In this document: piece after piece, positions 19,583 to 32,171 of the stretch
Numbering within the stretch: the first letter of the stretch is position 1
Layout: the number at the start of each line of letters is the position of its first letter
Source: Bacteroidia bacterium
GTDB lineage: Bacteria; Bacteroidota; Bacteroidia; UKL13-3
Assembly (NCBI GenBank): GCA_041675505.1
Contig: JBAYTR010000015.1
Span: forward strand, 4,972 to 68,971
Direction: 5' to 3'
DNA: 64,000 bases
Notes under the pieces: model-generated
Seen by the model: only the letters and a program-made list of their open reading frames with translations
Database searches by the model: none
What the model was told of the DNA's origin: nothing
Translations under genes and position numbers: made by a program

Positions 19583-20974
19583 ATGAAATCCATACGGATC
19601 ATATATTTTCTGATTGTGCTGGCGGCATTTTCTGCCTGCAGAAAAGAAGATGATGTAACCACTGATCCTTCAGCAAAGCTGGAGTTCTCACTGGATACGG
19701 TATTGTTTGATACCGTGTTCACAGGTTTCGGTACACAAAAACCGGCCTCTGTTACCAAGCAATTGCGCATATACAACCGAAATAAAAATGCGGTGCGCAC
19801 CACCATTCGCGTGGCAAATATGTTCAGCTCCTATTTCAAAATTAGTATTGACGGAATAGCCGGTCCTGAGGTGCGCGACTACGAAATACGTGGCAAAGAC
19901 AGCATCTTTCTTTTTGTGCAGATTTACATTAACCCCGATAATGCACTGAACCCTTTTGTCATTAATGACTCACTCATCTTTGAAACCAATGGCAATATTC
20001 AAGATGTACAATTGGTAGGCTGGGGACAAAACGCTCATTATTTTAACGGAGAAGAAATAGCCTGTAACACTACGTGGACCAACGATAAGCCCTATGTAAT
20101 TTACAACTCGGTTCTGGTGCCGCAAGGCTGTAAACTCACCATTCAGGAAGGTGTGCGAATACACTCTCACATTGGTTCAACATTTTATGTAGGCGGAACT
20201 TTGGAGGTAAACGGCACCAAGGCTAATCCGGTAACGTTTGAAGGCGACCGTTTAGAAGATGCATACAAAGAAACTCCTTCGCAGTGGGTAGGAATTCGTT
20301 TTTTACCCCGAAGCATTAACAATAAAATTACTTATGCAGTTATTAAAAACGGTATTGTTGGCGTAGAAGCCGATTCCATCCCCGTTAACGGAATAGAAAA
20401 CCTAAATATTTCACACACCATTATCCGCAATATGAGCGGTGCAGGTATGGTAGGTTATACCTCCACCATTAAAGCCACCAACTGTTTGGTGCACAACATG
20501 GGAACCTACTCTTTTGTGGGCGAGTTGGGAGGCAACTACACCCTTTACCATTGTACGTTTTCAGCCTACAATAATTTTCAGGGACGAACAGATCCTTCGT
20601 TTTATTTAAGCAATGCCAACTTTGAACCCGAAGGAGGTCCGGTTACTATCAACAACTTAACGTATGATGTTGCCAACTGCATTATTGACGGCAGTGAAGA
20701 AGATGAAGTAGAGTTAAATACCGAAGGGCAGGGTATAATCACCAAGAACCTGCGTTTTTGCCTGATTAAACAAACCAAAGAGGGCGTGGTACCCACCAAT
20801 GCCAACAACCTTTTTAACCTTGACCCGTTGTATAAAAATTTCAATAAAAACGAGTTCAAACTCTCAGCGGCCTCACCCTGCATCAACAAAGGAACCAACG
20901 TTGGTGTACCAATTGATTTTGACGGAGAAACCCGCGATGCGCAGCCGGATATAGGCTGCTACGAATTCAAGTAA
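19583..20974 (+). CDS. Hypothetical lipoprotein, probably a secreted beta-helix protein.
   Basis: Signal peptide with a lipobox (..LAAFSAC). No catalytic motif was recognised. Confidence 0.5.
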   Translation: MKSIRIIYFLIVLAAFSACRKEDDVTTDPSAKLEFSLDTVLFDTVFTGFGTQKPASVTKQLRIYNRNKNAVRTTIRVANMFSSYFKISIDGIAGPEVRDYEIRGKDSIFLFVQIYINPDNALNPFVINDSLIFETNGNIQDVQLVGWGQNAHYFNGEEIACNTTWTNDKPYVIYNSVLVPQGCKLTIQEGVRIHSHIGSTFYVGGTLEVNGTKANPVTFEGDRLEDAYKETPSQWVGIRFLPRSINNKITYAVIKNGIVGVEADSIPVNGIENLNISHTIIRNMSGAGMVGYTSTIKATNCLVHNMGTYSFVGELGGNYTLYHCTFSAYNNFQGRTDPSFYLSNANFEPEGGPVTINNLTYDVANCIIDGSEEDEVELNTEGQGIITKNLRFCLIKQTKEGVVPTNANNLFNLDPLYKNFNKNEFKLSAASPCINKGTNVGVPIDFDGETRDAQPDIGCYEFK

Positions 20975-21016
20975 TAAGGCGCGTTTAAATACCCGCTTTT
21001 CTTACCTTTGCCCTGT

Positions 21017-22993
21017 ATGGATTTTCAAAAGAAATATTACGACAACGATTTGTTGTTGCGTTTATACAAGGGCATTCTAAAGCCTCGCATGATTGAAGAA
21101 AAAATGCTCATACTGCTGCGTCAGGGTAAAGTGAGCAAATGGTTTTCTGGTATTGGGCAAGAGGCTATTTCTGCCGGAGCCACATTGGCTTTAGAGAAAG
21201 AAGAATACATTTTGCCATTGCACCGCAACCTGGGTGTGTTTACCAACCGCGATATTCCGTTAACCAAATTACTTGCACAATGGCAGGGAAAGTTCAGCGG
21301 TTTCAGTAAAGGGCGTGAACGATCTTTTCACTTTGGCACCAATGAATACCACATTGTGGGTATGATTTCTCACTTGGGTGCGATGCTGGGCGTGGCTGAT
21401 GGTATTGCACTCGCAGGCCTACTCAAAGAAGAAAAAAAGGTGGCTCTGGTTTTTTCCGGTGATGGCGGAGCAAGCGAAGGAGATTTTCATGAAGCGTTAA
21501 ATACTGCTGCGGTATGGGAACTGCCGGTAATATTTTTAGTAGAGAACAACGGTTACGGATTATCTACACCCAGCAATGAGCAGTTTCGTTGCAGGCGATT
21601 TATTGATAAAGGTATCGGCTACGGCATGGAAGTATCACAAGTAGATGGCAACAATGTGCTGGCCGTTTACGATGCTGTTAAAAATCTCGCAGTATCCATG
21701 CGTCACAAGCCTCGCCCGGTGTTGCTGGAGTGCATGACTTTCCGTATGCGCGGGCATGAAGAGGCTTCAGGTACTAAATATGTTCCGCAGGAGTTGTTTG
21801 ATGAATGGGGCAAAAAAGATCCGCTCAGCAACTTTGAAGCATACTTACTGGAACAAAATATTCTTACACCTGAACTGATAGAAACATACCGCAACGAAAT
21901 TAAAAACGAAATTGACCACGCGGTTGAGGAAGTGTTTGCACAACCCGATATTATACCGGATACCGCTTATGAAATGGCCGATGTGTATGCACCACATGTG
22001 CAGGTGGTGAGTGAACCGGCTACGGATAAAAAGAGTCCTAAAAGGTTGATTGACGCAGTGTCTGACGGTTTACGTCAGGCTATGGAGAAACACAATAACC
22101 TGGTGTTAATGGGACAAGACATTGCAGAATACGGAGGTGTGTTTAAAGCCACACAAGGATTTGTTGAGCAGTTTGGCAAAGGACGGGTACGCAATACTCC
22201 CTTGTGTGAAAGTGCCATCATAGGTTCGGCTTACGGACTTTCCATCAAAGGCATGAAGGCGATGGTAGAAATGCAGTTTGCTGATTTTGTAACCTGCGGA
22301 TTTAATCAGATAATCAATAACCTCGCTAAATCACATTACCGCTGGGCACAGCCTGCAGATGTGGTGGTGCGTATGCCCACAGGTGCTGGCGTGGGTGCGG
22401 GCCCTTTTCATTCGCAAAGCAATGAAGCCTGGTTCTTTCATACTCCCGGATTAAAAGTACTTTATCCTTCTACCCCTGCTGATGCCAAAGGTTTGTTACT
22501 TGCTGCTTTTGAAGACCCCAACCCGGTGCTTTTTTTCGAACACAAAGCCATGTACAGAAGTTTTGAGGAAGACGTGTTCGATGACTACTACACCATTGAA
22601 ATAGGTAAAGCCAAAACAGTGAAAGAAGGAAATGAAGTAAGCATTATCACTTACGGAGCAGCCGTGCATTGGGCCCTGGAAGTTTGCAAAGAGTCGGGCA
22701 TTGATGCTGATATTATTGACCTGCGTTCTTTATTGCCCTGGGATAAAACAGCCGTAGAAACCAGTGTAAACAAAACGGGTAAGGCCATAGTGTTTCATGA
22801 AGACTGCGAAACAGGCGGAATAGGTGCCGAGATTGCCGCACACATTGGCAAACATTGCTTTAAGAAATTAGATGCTCCTGTTTACCGCACAGGCAGTTTG
22901 GATACCCCCGTACCTTTTGCTGTTTCATTGGAACAAAACTTTTTACCCAAAGAACGCTTTAAGAAAGACTTGCTGGAGTTGATGAGTTTTTGA
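21017..22993 (+). CDS. Fused alpha/beta E1 component of a branched-chain/2-oxoacid dehydrogenase (TPP-dependent). An alternative start lies at 21008.
   Basis: The N-terminal half is E1-alpha-like (with a TPP-binding GDG..N region) and the C-terminal half is transketolase-like E1-beta. A single ~660 aa fusion is typical of Bacteroidota. Confidence 0.8.
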   Translation: MDFQKKYYDNDLLLRLYKGILKPRMIEEKMLILLRQGKVSKWFSGIGQEAISAGATLALEKEEYILPLHRNLGVFTNRDIPLTKLLAQWQGKFSGFSKGRERSFHFGTNEYHIVGMISHLGAMLGVADGIALAGLLKEEKKVALVFSGDGGASEGDFHEALNTAAVWELPVIFLVENNGYGLSTPSNEQFRCRRFIDKGIGYGMEVSQVDGNNVLAVYDAVKNLAVSMRHKPRPVLLECMTFRMRGHEEASGTKYVPQELFDEWGKKDPLSNFEAYLLEQNILTPELIETYRNEIKNEIDHAVEEVFAQPDIIPDTAYEMADVYAPHVQVVSEPATDKKSPKRLIDAVSDGLRQAMEKHNNLVLMGQDIAEYGGVFKATQGFVEQFGKGRVRNTPLCESAIIGSAYGLSIKGMKAMVEMQFADFVTCGFNQIINNLAKSHYRWAQPADVVVRMPTGAGVGAGPFHSQSNEAWFFHTPGLKVLYPSTPADAKGLLLAAFEDPNPVLFFEHKAMYRSFEEDVFDDYYTIEIGKAKTVKEGNEVSIITYGAAVHWALEVCKESGIDADIIDLRSLLPWDKTAVETSVNKTGKAIVFHEDCETGGIGAEIAAHIGKHCFKKLDAPVYRTGSLDTPVPFAVSLEQNFLPKERFKKDLLELMSF

Positions 22994-23003
22994 GTTGAGG
23001 GCA

Positions 23004-24335
23004 TTAGTGTTTAACAAGAACTTTCATTAAACTTAATGGAGACCCTTTAAGCAAGTAAAGTCCATCAGGTAGTGCAGAGGTGTCAAACGAAGTATAGCTT
23101 GTAGTCTTTTCTTTTGTTGGTACACTCACTATAGCACCGGATGAATTGAACCATTCTACTTTAAGTATGTCTTGTGTATTTTCAACAACTAAAATATCAT
23201 TTGCTGGATTAGGGTAAATTCGACAGTTTAGAGCTTCAGGAGTTTTGTTCAATAGCAATGGATTTTGTAAATAACGAAGTTCGATTTTATAGTAGTTTTT
23301 ATATTCACCATTATCATCAGGCTGCGAATAGGTAACTTGTTTTAAATAACCCGTAATGCTGTCATACTGGTAATTTACCAAATCATTGAAGTTCACAAAT
23401 ACACTATCAATTTTTCTTCTTGATAGAATGGAGTGGCTTTCTATCCGCCAGCCACTGGAGGTTGGGGTGTATGATAATCCCCAAATAGATTCGAAATAAA
23501 AAGTATCGTTTGTTTGATTGTTCAAACGGTAAGATTGATAAGACGATAATCGCCCACTCTCCTCATAATTAAACGTGTAATGATTTGAAAGCCAGTTTTC
23601 ACTAATTGGTTTAGTGGTTATTTGCAGATTAATCAACCTTCCTTCCGAATCATAAATAAAACTTTCTCTCTGTTTTTCTGAGTCTATCCGCTCAACAGCT
23701 TTATTGGCATTGTAGTGATAGATTGTGTTGTCATTTATAGTATCTGCAAAACGTGAGTAAACTCTGCTTTCACTTTTTATTGCAGCTGTAAAGTTGCCGG
23801 GATAATAATAAAAAGTGTCTGCTTTGAATAAAGTCACAGAGTAGTATAGAGGAAAGCCAGGGAAAAGTGATGCACTAAAAATTGAGCGAGTTTTTAAACG
23901 GTTGTTTGTGTAGGTGTAATTTGCTTTGTACTCCTCTGTATTTTGAGGGAATTTGGCCAAGCGGTGCTCGCTCATTAATCGGTTTCCGCTCCATATATAA
24001 ACCGTACTATCGTATAAAGAGTTATTGATAGTAGCACTGGAAACGGTTATGTGTGACTGATTATCGTAGTAGTAAATGTTTTCAAAGAGAGTAGTCCATT
24101 GCTGATTGGTGTTGAGGTTATAATTAGTTTTTAATACAACCACATTTTTATACGGTATAAAAGAATTTACAATAGAATCAAGCGGATGGGGGAACTTATC
24201 AGGCGAAGGATTGAAACGTTGATTGGAACAAACGTAATTATTAGTAATTAATTGGCCAGATAAAATTTGAGCCGATACACTCTTGTTATTATAAAGCAGA
24301 AGTATTAACAGAAATACAAGATGATTTTTTCTCAT
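23004..24335 (-). CDS. Secreted N/Y/S-rich hypothetical protein with a T9SS (Por) C-terminal sorting domain.
   Basis: Signal peptide (MRKNHLVFLLILLL..SAQ). The C-terminus (..CRIYPNPANDILVVE..LPDGLYLLK..) matches the type A T9SS CTD. Confidence 0.7.
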   Translation of the reverse strand: MRKNHLVFLLILLLYNNKSVSAQILSGQLITNNYVCSNQRFNPSPDKFPHPLDSIVNSFIPYKNVVVLKTNYNLNTNQQWTTLFENIYYYDNQSHITVSSATINNSLYDSTVYIWSGNRLMSEHRLAKFPQNTEEYKANYTYTNNRLKTRSIFSASLFPGFPLYYSVTLFKADTFYYYPGNFTAAIKSESRVYSRFADTINDNTIYHYNANKAVERIDSEKQRESFIYDSEGRLINLQITTKPISENWLSNHYTFNYEESGRLSSYQSYRLNNQTNDTFYFESIWGLSYTPTSSGWRIESHSILSRRKIDSVFVNFNDLVNYQYDSITGYLKQVTYSQPDDNGEYKNYYKIELRYLQNPLLLNKTPEALNCRIYPNPANDILVVENTQDILKVEWFNSSGAIVSVPTKEKTTSYTSFDTSALPDGLYLLKGSPLSLMKVLVKH

Positions 24336-24419
24336 TACAGGGCAACAGTTAATTCAAAGATACAAGAATGATTTTATAGGTTGCTTGTTAATACAAATGT
24401 GACATTTTAAGTTCAAGTG

Positions 24420-24860
24420 TTACCTCACCAACCTGCGGTGGTAGTTAATTTGTCCCAAGTGGTAGTTGAAGTGCGACACCAAAAGCAGCAGGTACCATTC
24501 GGTAGTTTGTTTGCCTTTAAAATCAAAAGGGTATTCTTGTTTCAGTTGTTCCGCAGTCAGGGGGGGAAGCACTTGCCCCATCATTGTTTTGGTAGAAGCA
24601 ATTGCAGAAAGTAATTCTGTACGCGTAATGTTCTTGTTACTGAATTCTGCATCACGGTTACGCACATAAGCTGTGTGACCCAGTGTTGTCCCGATGTAAT
24701 GGTTGAGGTTACCCAGAAGGTGCAGGCAAAGGTTGCCACCTGAATTGCTGATACCCTCCGTTGTTAACCAAAGTTGTTCTTCGTTGGTGTAAGCAGCAAT
24801 TTCTGTTTCCAGTTGCTGAAGGCCGTTGAGGTAAATTTCTGTTAAAGCAGTTGTATTCAT
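24420..24860 (-). CDS. DinB/YfiT-like (DUF1572) family protein.
   Basis: Its size and the pattern of conserved His residues (HLLGNLNHY, HFNYHLGQI) match the DinB_2 four-helix-bundle family. Confidence 0.55.
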   Translation of the reverse strand: MNTTALTEIYLNGLQQLETEIAAYTNEEQLWLTTEGISNSGGNLCLHLLGNLNHYIGTTLGHTAYVRNRDAEFSNKNITRTELLSAIASTKTMMGQVLPPLTAEQLKQEYPFDFKGKQTTEWYLLLLVSHFNYHLGQINYHRRLVR

Positions 24861-24874
24861 GGTTGTTTTGTGTT

Positions 24875-25774
24875 TTATGCCCTTGGGTGAAACTGCATCA
24901 GGGTTTCGCGCAGATACTCGCGGTCCAGATGCGTGTAAATCTCAGTAGTGGTTATGCTTTCATGTCCCAGCATTTGTTGTACGGCACGCAGGTCGGCACC
25001 GCCTTCTACTAAAGCTGTAGCAAAAGAATGCCTGAAGGTGTGCGGGCTGATATTTTTCTTTAACCCGATTTCTTGAGCCAGTTGTTTGATGATGTAAAAG
25101 ATCATTCCACGGCTCATTTTACTTCCTCTGCGGTTAAGAAAAAGAATGTCGGAGTTGCCTGCTTTTATTTCCAGGTGATTGCGCACGTTGTCTTTGTATA
25201 AACGAATAGCCTTAATAGCTGATTGGCCAATAGGCACCAAACGTTCCTTGTCACCTTTTCCGGTTACCTTCACAAATTCATCATCAAAAAAGATGTGACT
25301 TATTTGCAGGTTCACGGTTTCACTCACCCGCAATCCGCAGCTGAACATGGTTTCTAAAATAGCCTTATTGCGCATGCCTTCCGGCTTGCTCAAATCAATG
25401 GCAGCAATCAGCAGGTCAATCTCACTTACGGCCAGCACATCAGGTAAGTGCCGGATGGTTTTGGGTGCCTCCAGCAATTCAGTGGGTGTTTTTTTCAGTA
25501 CATCTTCAATCAACAGGTATTTGTAAAAAGATTTTAATCCGCTGATGATACGGGCTTGCGAAGTAGCTGTCATGCCCAGTTCATTAATCCACCTAATAAA
25601 TTCGGTAAGGTCTTCGTAGGTTACATTCTCAGGCGTGCGTTCCAGTTTTTTGTGAGCAAAAAATTGCAATAGCTTTTCTACATCATGCAGGTAAGCTTCC
25701 ATACTGTTGTGTGAAAGCGATTTCTCCAGCTGCAACCAGGAGCGGTAACCTTTGAGGTAACTTTGCCAGTTCAA
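24875..25774 (-). CDS. xerD: Site-specific tyrosine recombinase XerD/XerC.
   Basis: C-terminal catalytic region HTFRHSFATALVEGGADLRAVQQMLGHESITTTEIYTHL, with the catalytic R, H-x-x-R and Y. Confidence 0.9.
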   Translation of the reverse strand: MNWQSYLKGYRSWLQLEKSLSHNSMEAYLHDVEKLLQFFAHKKLERTPENVTYEDLTEFIRWINELGMTATSQARIISGLKSFYKYLLIEDVLKKTPTELLEAPKTIRHLPDVLAVSEIDLLIAAIDLSKPEGMRNKAILETMFSCGLRVSETVNLQISHIFFDDEFVKVTGKGDKERLVPIGQSAIKAIRLYKDNVRNHLEIKAGNSDILFLNRRGSKMSRGMIFYIIKQLAQEIGLKKNISPHTFRHSFATALVEGGADLRAVQQMLGHESITTTEIYTHLDREYLRETLMQFHPRA

Positions 25775-25842
25775 TGTACAGGTGATTATTTTTGTAACGT
25801 GTATGCGAAGTTCGGGTTTTTCAGTACTATTGTTTAACGATA

Positions 25843-26265
25843 ATGAAGATAATAATCATCAACGGACCCAACCTCAATTTATTGGGTAAACGTGAACCGG
25901 ACATTTACGGTAGCGAAACCTTTGAGTCTTTTTTTGAAAAACTCAGCAAAGAATTCAGCGGTGTAACATTGGAGTATTACCAAAGTAATGTAGAGGGGGA
26001 GCTCATCAACCAATTGCAAGCAACGGGTTTTAGCTATGACGGTATTATACTGAATGCAGGCGGGTACACCCACACTTCAGTAGCTTTAGCCGATGCTGTA
26101 GCGGCTATTTCGACCCCCGTCATTGAGGTACACATCAGCAACATTTTTGCGCGGGAAGAATACCGACATATTTCCTTGTTGTCTAAACACTGCATTGGCA
26201 TTATCAGCGGGTTGGGTTTAAACGGCTACCGGTGTGCCCTGCAACATTTTATTTCCTTAAAGTAG
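25843..26265 (+). CDS. aroQ: 3-dehydroquinate dehydratase, type II.
   Basis: MKIIIINGPNLNLLGKREP...YGS N-terminus and full-length similarity. Confidence 0.9.
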   Translation: MKIIIINGPNLNLLGKREPDIYGSETFESFFEKLSKEFSGVTLEYYQSNVEGELINQLQATGFSYDGIILNAGGYTHTSVALADAVAAISTPVIEVHISNIFAREEYRHISLLSKHCIGIISGLGLNGYRCALQHFISLK

Positions 26266-26312
26266 GAATTTCAACGGATTACCCTATTTTTGATAGACCA
26301 AATCCCAAGTCT

Positions 26313-27005
26313 ATGTTACACAGATACTTGTTCTTAGCTTTAGGCTGTATGCTTTTCAGTTTCTCCGCAGCATTTGCGCAGGCTTTTCGTAAGGGCTCCT
26401 TACTGGTGAGTATATCCGGAGGCGATACGTATGCCAACTTTAGTACCTGCAACAGAGGTAACGGTGAAGTTAAAGGGGAAAATCAGAATATGGATGGCAT
26501 ACGCGATCCGCTCATCATTGAATATGGTATTACCGACCAGATAGGTATTGGTTTCAGTTCAGGAGTGGATTATTATAAAGTTGACCCGGTTGCCTTTTAT
26601 GGATTTCAATCTGCACATGAAAAAGTGAGAATAGCCACTAAAGAAATTACCGGAGATGTGAACTACCACTTTTTTACCAGCAATGTAATTGACCTTTCCT
26701 GCTATGGTTCTTTAGGATTGTTTAACACCTCATTTGAAGACAAAACAATGGGCAACAACAAAAACAAAAGTACCGGAGGTATTGCCCGTGCCGGTACACG
26801 TGCCAGAGTGTATGTTTACAAAGGTTTAGCTGTAATGTTTATGTTCAGTACATTTACCTCATCCGCTACAGCAAAATACAGCAACAGCACTGAAACCACA
26901 GCAGGAAAAGCATACAATACCAACATTAAAGGATATGCAACAGAGTTTGGCCTCAGCTACCACATTAAGCCCAAACTGCCCAAAGGTCCCGCGCTGAAAA
27001 AGTAA
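26313..27005 (+). CDS. Hypothetical outer-membrane beta-barrel-like protein.
   Basis: Signal peptide (MLHRYLFLALGCMLFSFSAAFAQA) and alternating amphipathic beta-strand character. The start was taken at MLHRY. Confidence 0.5.
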   Translation: MLHRYLFLALGCMLFSFSAAFAQAFRKGSLLVSISGGDTYANFSTCNRGNGEVKGENQNMDGIRDPLIIEYGITDQIGIGFSSGVDYYKVDPVAFYGFQSAHEKVRIATKEITGDVNYHFFTSNVIDLSCYGSLGLFNTSFEDKTMGNNKNKSTGGIARAGTRARVYVYKGLAVMFMFSTFTSSATAKYSNSTETTAGKAYNTNIKGYATEFGLSYHIKPKLPKGPALKK

Positions 27006-27006
27006 A

Positions 27007-27741
27007 CTATTTTTTAATGTCTGCGGGTAAACTGAACTTGACCGAAATAAAATAGGTTGACTCTACCGGAATACGGTTTCTTTTAGCAGGTTCAAAAGGA
27101 GGGAGCGATTTTATCAGACGCATAGCTTCCTTATCGCACTCTTTGCTTATCCCTTTTAAAATCTCAATTTTTATCACCTTACCCTTAGCATCAATTACTG
27201 CATTGGCGATAACAGTTCCTTCTGTACTGTCCTTACGGGCCTTTTTAGGGTACTTGAGGTGGTCATCCAGGTAATGTGCAAGGGCTGTTTCGCCTCCTAT
27301 AAACTTCGGCCCGATGAAATTGTCTTTTGTTGCATTGCTGTCTTCTCCCTGCAATTGAAAGGCAACAGGCAGGTTAAACTGTACACGTACCAGTTTTCCG
27401 TTTTGTTTGCCAGGTTGCCACAACGGCATTTTCAGCAGTACACGCTCAACTTCTTCATCACAACCCCAACCCAGTTTTTTCAGCAATTTAATATCACTCA
27501 AACTCCCATCGGTATTTACAATAAAAGAAGCTACTACACGACCTTGTATAGAGTTTTCAATAGCCGCTTTGGGGTAGCGGATGTTGGAGGAAATAAATTT
27601 CATCATGGCCTCTTGTCCTCCGGGAAACTCAGGCATATTTTCTACCAACAACAACACAGTTGTATCAGCAGTAGGTGCCCCTTGTGCCTGTATTTTAGCA
27701 GACACAGTTATACCTAACAGCAACAGAAAAAAATATTTCAT
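27007..27741 (-). CDS. Periplasmic protein with two tandem TonB C-terminal domains.
   Basis: Signal peptide followed by two repeats of the TonB_C pattern (MPEFPGG..Y P..A...GxV.v.F.V..dG.....l). Confidence 0.65.
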   Translation of the reverse strand: MKYFFLLLLGITVSAKIQAQGAPTADTTVLLLVENMPEFPGGQEAMMKFISSNIRYPKAAIENSIQGRVVASFIVNTDGSLSDIKLLKKLGWGCDEEVERVLLKMPLWQPGKQNGKLVRVQFNLPVAFQLQGEDSNATKDNFIGPKFIGGETALAHYLDDHLKYPKKARKDSTEGTVIANAVIDAKGKVIKIEILKGISKECDKEAMRLIKSLPPFEPAKRNRIPVESTYFISVKFSLPADIKK

Positions 27742-28769
27742 AAACTTTTAAATGTATGTTTTTGGAGAATAAAATAACGGAACACAATACTGAAATGGTA
27801 TAATCCGGATAATGGGGCAGATCTTTTTTTAAGCGGGCGTATTTTTTCTCTCAGTTGTTGCCACTTTTTCAGCTGAAAGAAAAAATCAGCATGAGCGCGG
27901 TGCACGGCCCAACTGTGGTCGCGCTCACCTTTTGAAAGAAAATGTATCGAAGCCAACAGGTCAAGCCAGGAGCGTACAAAAATGACCCACCACAGTTTTT
28001 GTGCAGGCAGATTTTTGTAAAGCATAATCAGCGAATTGCGAAAGTTGAGGTAGGTTTTGTGCGCATTGATTTTATCCAAAGTTCCTCCACCCACATGGTA
28101 CACCTGCGATTGGGGAATTGCCCAAATCTCATGTCCCATCAGTTGCAGGCGCCAACACAAATCAATCTCTTCCATGTGTGCAAAAAAGTGTTCGTCAAAT
28201 CCACCGGCAGCATGAAACAACTCTGCGCGTATAAACAGGCAAGCACCTGTTGACCAAAATACAGGTGCAGCTTCATCATACTGATTCAAATCGGCTTCCA
28301 GTGTGTTGAATATTCTTCCCCTGCAAAAAGGAAAGCCGTAAGCATCAAGCATACCTCCGCTGGCACCGGCATATTCAAAACTTCCTTTGTTGTGGTAATC
28401 GAGCATTTTGGGTTGAGCAGCGGCAATGGCTTTATTTTTTTCCATGGCTTCAATTACCGGTTCTATCCAGTTGGCAGGTACTTCAATGTCGTTGTTAAGC
28501 AACACATAGTAGTCTGCCTGCACGTGTTTAAGCGCGTGGTTGTAGCCCCCGGCATAGCCGTAGTTCGCATCGTTGCGCACAACAGTTACTGTGGGAAAAT
28601 GCTGTTGCACATATTCAACCGAACCATCATCAGATGCATTATCAGCCAATACAATTTCCAGATTGGGGTAAGAAGAAGCCACTACTGACGGAAGAAAATT
28701 TTCCAGCAGGTGCTTACGGTTCCAGTGAATAATTACTACAGCTACTTTTGGATAAGGCATGTTGAACAA
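27738..28769 (-). CDS. Family 2 glycosyltransferase.
   Basis: N-terminal GT-A fold (VVIIHWNRKHLLENFLPS...LADNASDDGS) with a DxD-like motif. Confidence 0.8.
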   Translation of the reverse strand: MFNMPYPKVAVVIIHWNRKHLLENFLPSVVASSYPNLEIVLADNASDDGSVEYVQQHFPTVTVVRNDANYGYAGGYNHALKHVQADYYVLLNNDIEVPANWIEPVIEAMEKNKAIAAAQPKMLDYHNKGSFEYAGASGGMLDAYGFPFCRGRIFNTLEADLNQYDEAAPVFWSTGACLFIRAELFHAAGGFDEHFFAHMEEIDLCWRLQLMGHEIWAIPQSQVYHVGGGTLDKINAHKTYLNFRNSLIMLYKNLPAQKLWWVIFVRSWLDLLASIHFLSKGERDHSWAVHRAHADFFFQLKKWQQLREKIRPLKKRSAPLSGLYHFSIVFRYFILQKHTFKSL

Positions 28770-28861
28770 TTACTGCGAATCTGCGAAAAAAAAGGGGAAG
28801 CAGCAAGAGGGAAAGAGAAAGACCACTGATTACACAATCTAAATGTAATCAGTGGTAAATA

Positions 28862-30568
<1,707 letters not shown>

Positions 30569-30818
30569 GTCAGCACAATATCAAAATGAGTGAATATGTT
30601 TGGTTGAATAAAAAATACTTGGGTATGTTGTTTGAATTCTCGCTGCGTAAAATGTTCCGGTAAATGGGGTGAGATTTTATTGCGGGAGGAATTCAGAACA
30701 GAATTCGTATGCAATAGTAAACAATAGTTTTTACAATACAAAGGAAAGTTTGCGGCACATGGCCAAACGCTTTATTTAAACACATAAGCACCTGAACACA
30801 CCAGCACCCTACGTTCAG

Positions 30819-32057
30819 CTACACCAAAAGTTTTACCGGATTTTCCAGTAACTCTTTCAGGGTTTGCAGGAAGGCTGAGCCTACAGCTCCGTCAACCGAG
30901 CGGTGGTCGCAACTTAAAGTTACCTTCATTACGTGAGCAGCCTTAAACTGGCCATTCTCCACAATTACGGTTTCTTTAGCGGCACCTACAGCCAAGATGC
31001 AGGAATCGGGCGGGTTAATAATAGCAGTGAACTCGTCAATACCAAACATACCCAGGTTAGAGATAGTAAAAGTATTGCCTTCAAATTCCTGCGGTTGAAG
31101 TTTTTTGTTCTTTGCTTTATCAGCCAGCTCTTTCACCTCAGCACTGATGTGCGAAATGGATTTGTTGTCAGCAAATTTCACAACGGGTACAATCAGTCCG
31201 TCTTCAATAGCTACCGCTACGCCCACATGTATGTGGTGGTTCATGCGTATTTTATCTCCTAGCCAGCTGCTGTTGGCTTTGGGGTTTCTGCGAAGGGCAG
31301 CGGCAACAGCCTTGATGATGATATCATTGACAGAAATTTTAACAGGGCTGAATTCGTTCATGGACTTACGCGCCTCCATTACCTTATCCATTTGAATGGA
31401 CATGGTGAGGTAGAAATGCGGAGCCGTATTTTTACTGTCGCTCAATCTGCGGGCAATGGTTTTACGCATTTGAGTAAGTGTGATGTCTTCATAACTTTCA
31501 GTACCCACTATCGAAGGCAGGCTGATGGTGGTTTTGTTGGCAACAGCTGCAGGAGCAAAATTTTCCACATCACGTTTCACTACACGGCCATTTTCACCAC
31601 TACCGTGTACCGATGTAAGGTCAATACCCTTATCCTGAGCTAATTTCTTGGCTAATGGTGACGCTTTTAGGCGGGCATCTGAAGTTGAAGGAGTATTTAC
31701 CGGAGCAGCAGGCGCAGGGCTTGATGAGGCAACCGGGGTACCGTTATTTTGAGGAGCAGTTTCTTTTTTGGCTTCAGCAGCAGGTGGAGCAGCAGATAAT
31801 AAGGCGGATATATCTTCACCCGGAGTACCCACTACAGCTATAATGGAATCAACAGGAACGGATTGTCCTTTTTCGATACCAATGTGTAACAGGGTGCCTT
31901 TCACGTAGTTTTCCAACTCCATGGTAGCCTTATCGGTTTCTACTTCAGCCAGTATATCGCCTGATTTAACGGCATCGCCCACTTTTTTATGCCAGGCAAC
32001 AATCACACCTTCGGTCATGGTGTCGCTCATTTTGGGCATGCGTATTACTTCTGCCAT
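30819..32057 (-). CDS. Dihydrolipoamide acyltransferase (E2 component of a 2-oxoacid dehydrogenase complex).
   Basis: Lipoyl domain (ETDKATMELE), an Ala/Pro-rich linker, and a C-terminal catalytic domain with a DHR..DG motif. Confidence 0.9.
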   Translation of the reverse strand: MAEVIRMPKMSDTMTEGVIVAWHKKVGDAVKSGDILAEVETDKATMELENYVKGTLLHIGIEKGQSVPVDSIIAVVGTPGEDISALLSAAPPAAEAKKETAPQNNGTPVASSSPAPAAPVNTPSTSDARLKASPLAKKLAQDKGIDLTSVHGSGENGRVVKRDVENFAPAAVANKTTISLPSIVGTESYEDITLTQMRKTIARRLSDSKNTAPHFYLTMSIQMDKVMEARKSMNEFSPVKISVNDIIIKAVAAALRRNPKANSSWLGDKIRMNHHIHVGVAVAIEDGLIVPVVKFADNKSISHISAEVKELADKAKNKKLQPQEFEGNTFTISNLGMFGIDEFTAIINPPDSCILAVGAAKETVIVENGQFKAAHVMKVTLSCDHRSVDGAVGSAFLQTLKELLENPVKLLV

Positions 32058-32171
32058 AATATTTTTTCAATTTTCAAGTGAGCAAAAATAAGCAGTATTT
32101 TGATTTTAACTACCTGTTGAAAACATAGCAGCCATTTTTATCCTCGAATTCCTCAATTTCGGAACATTATT

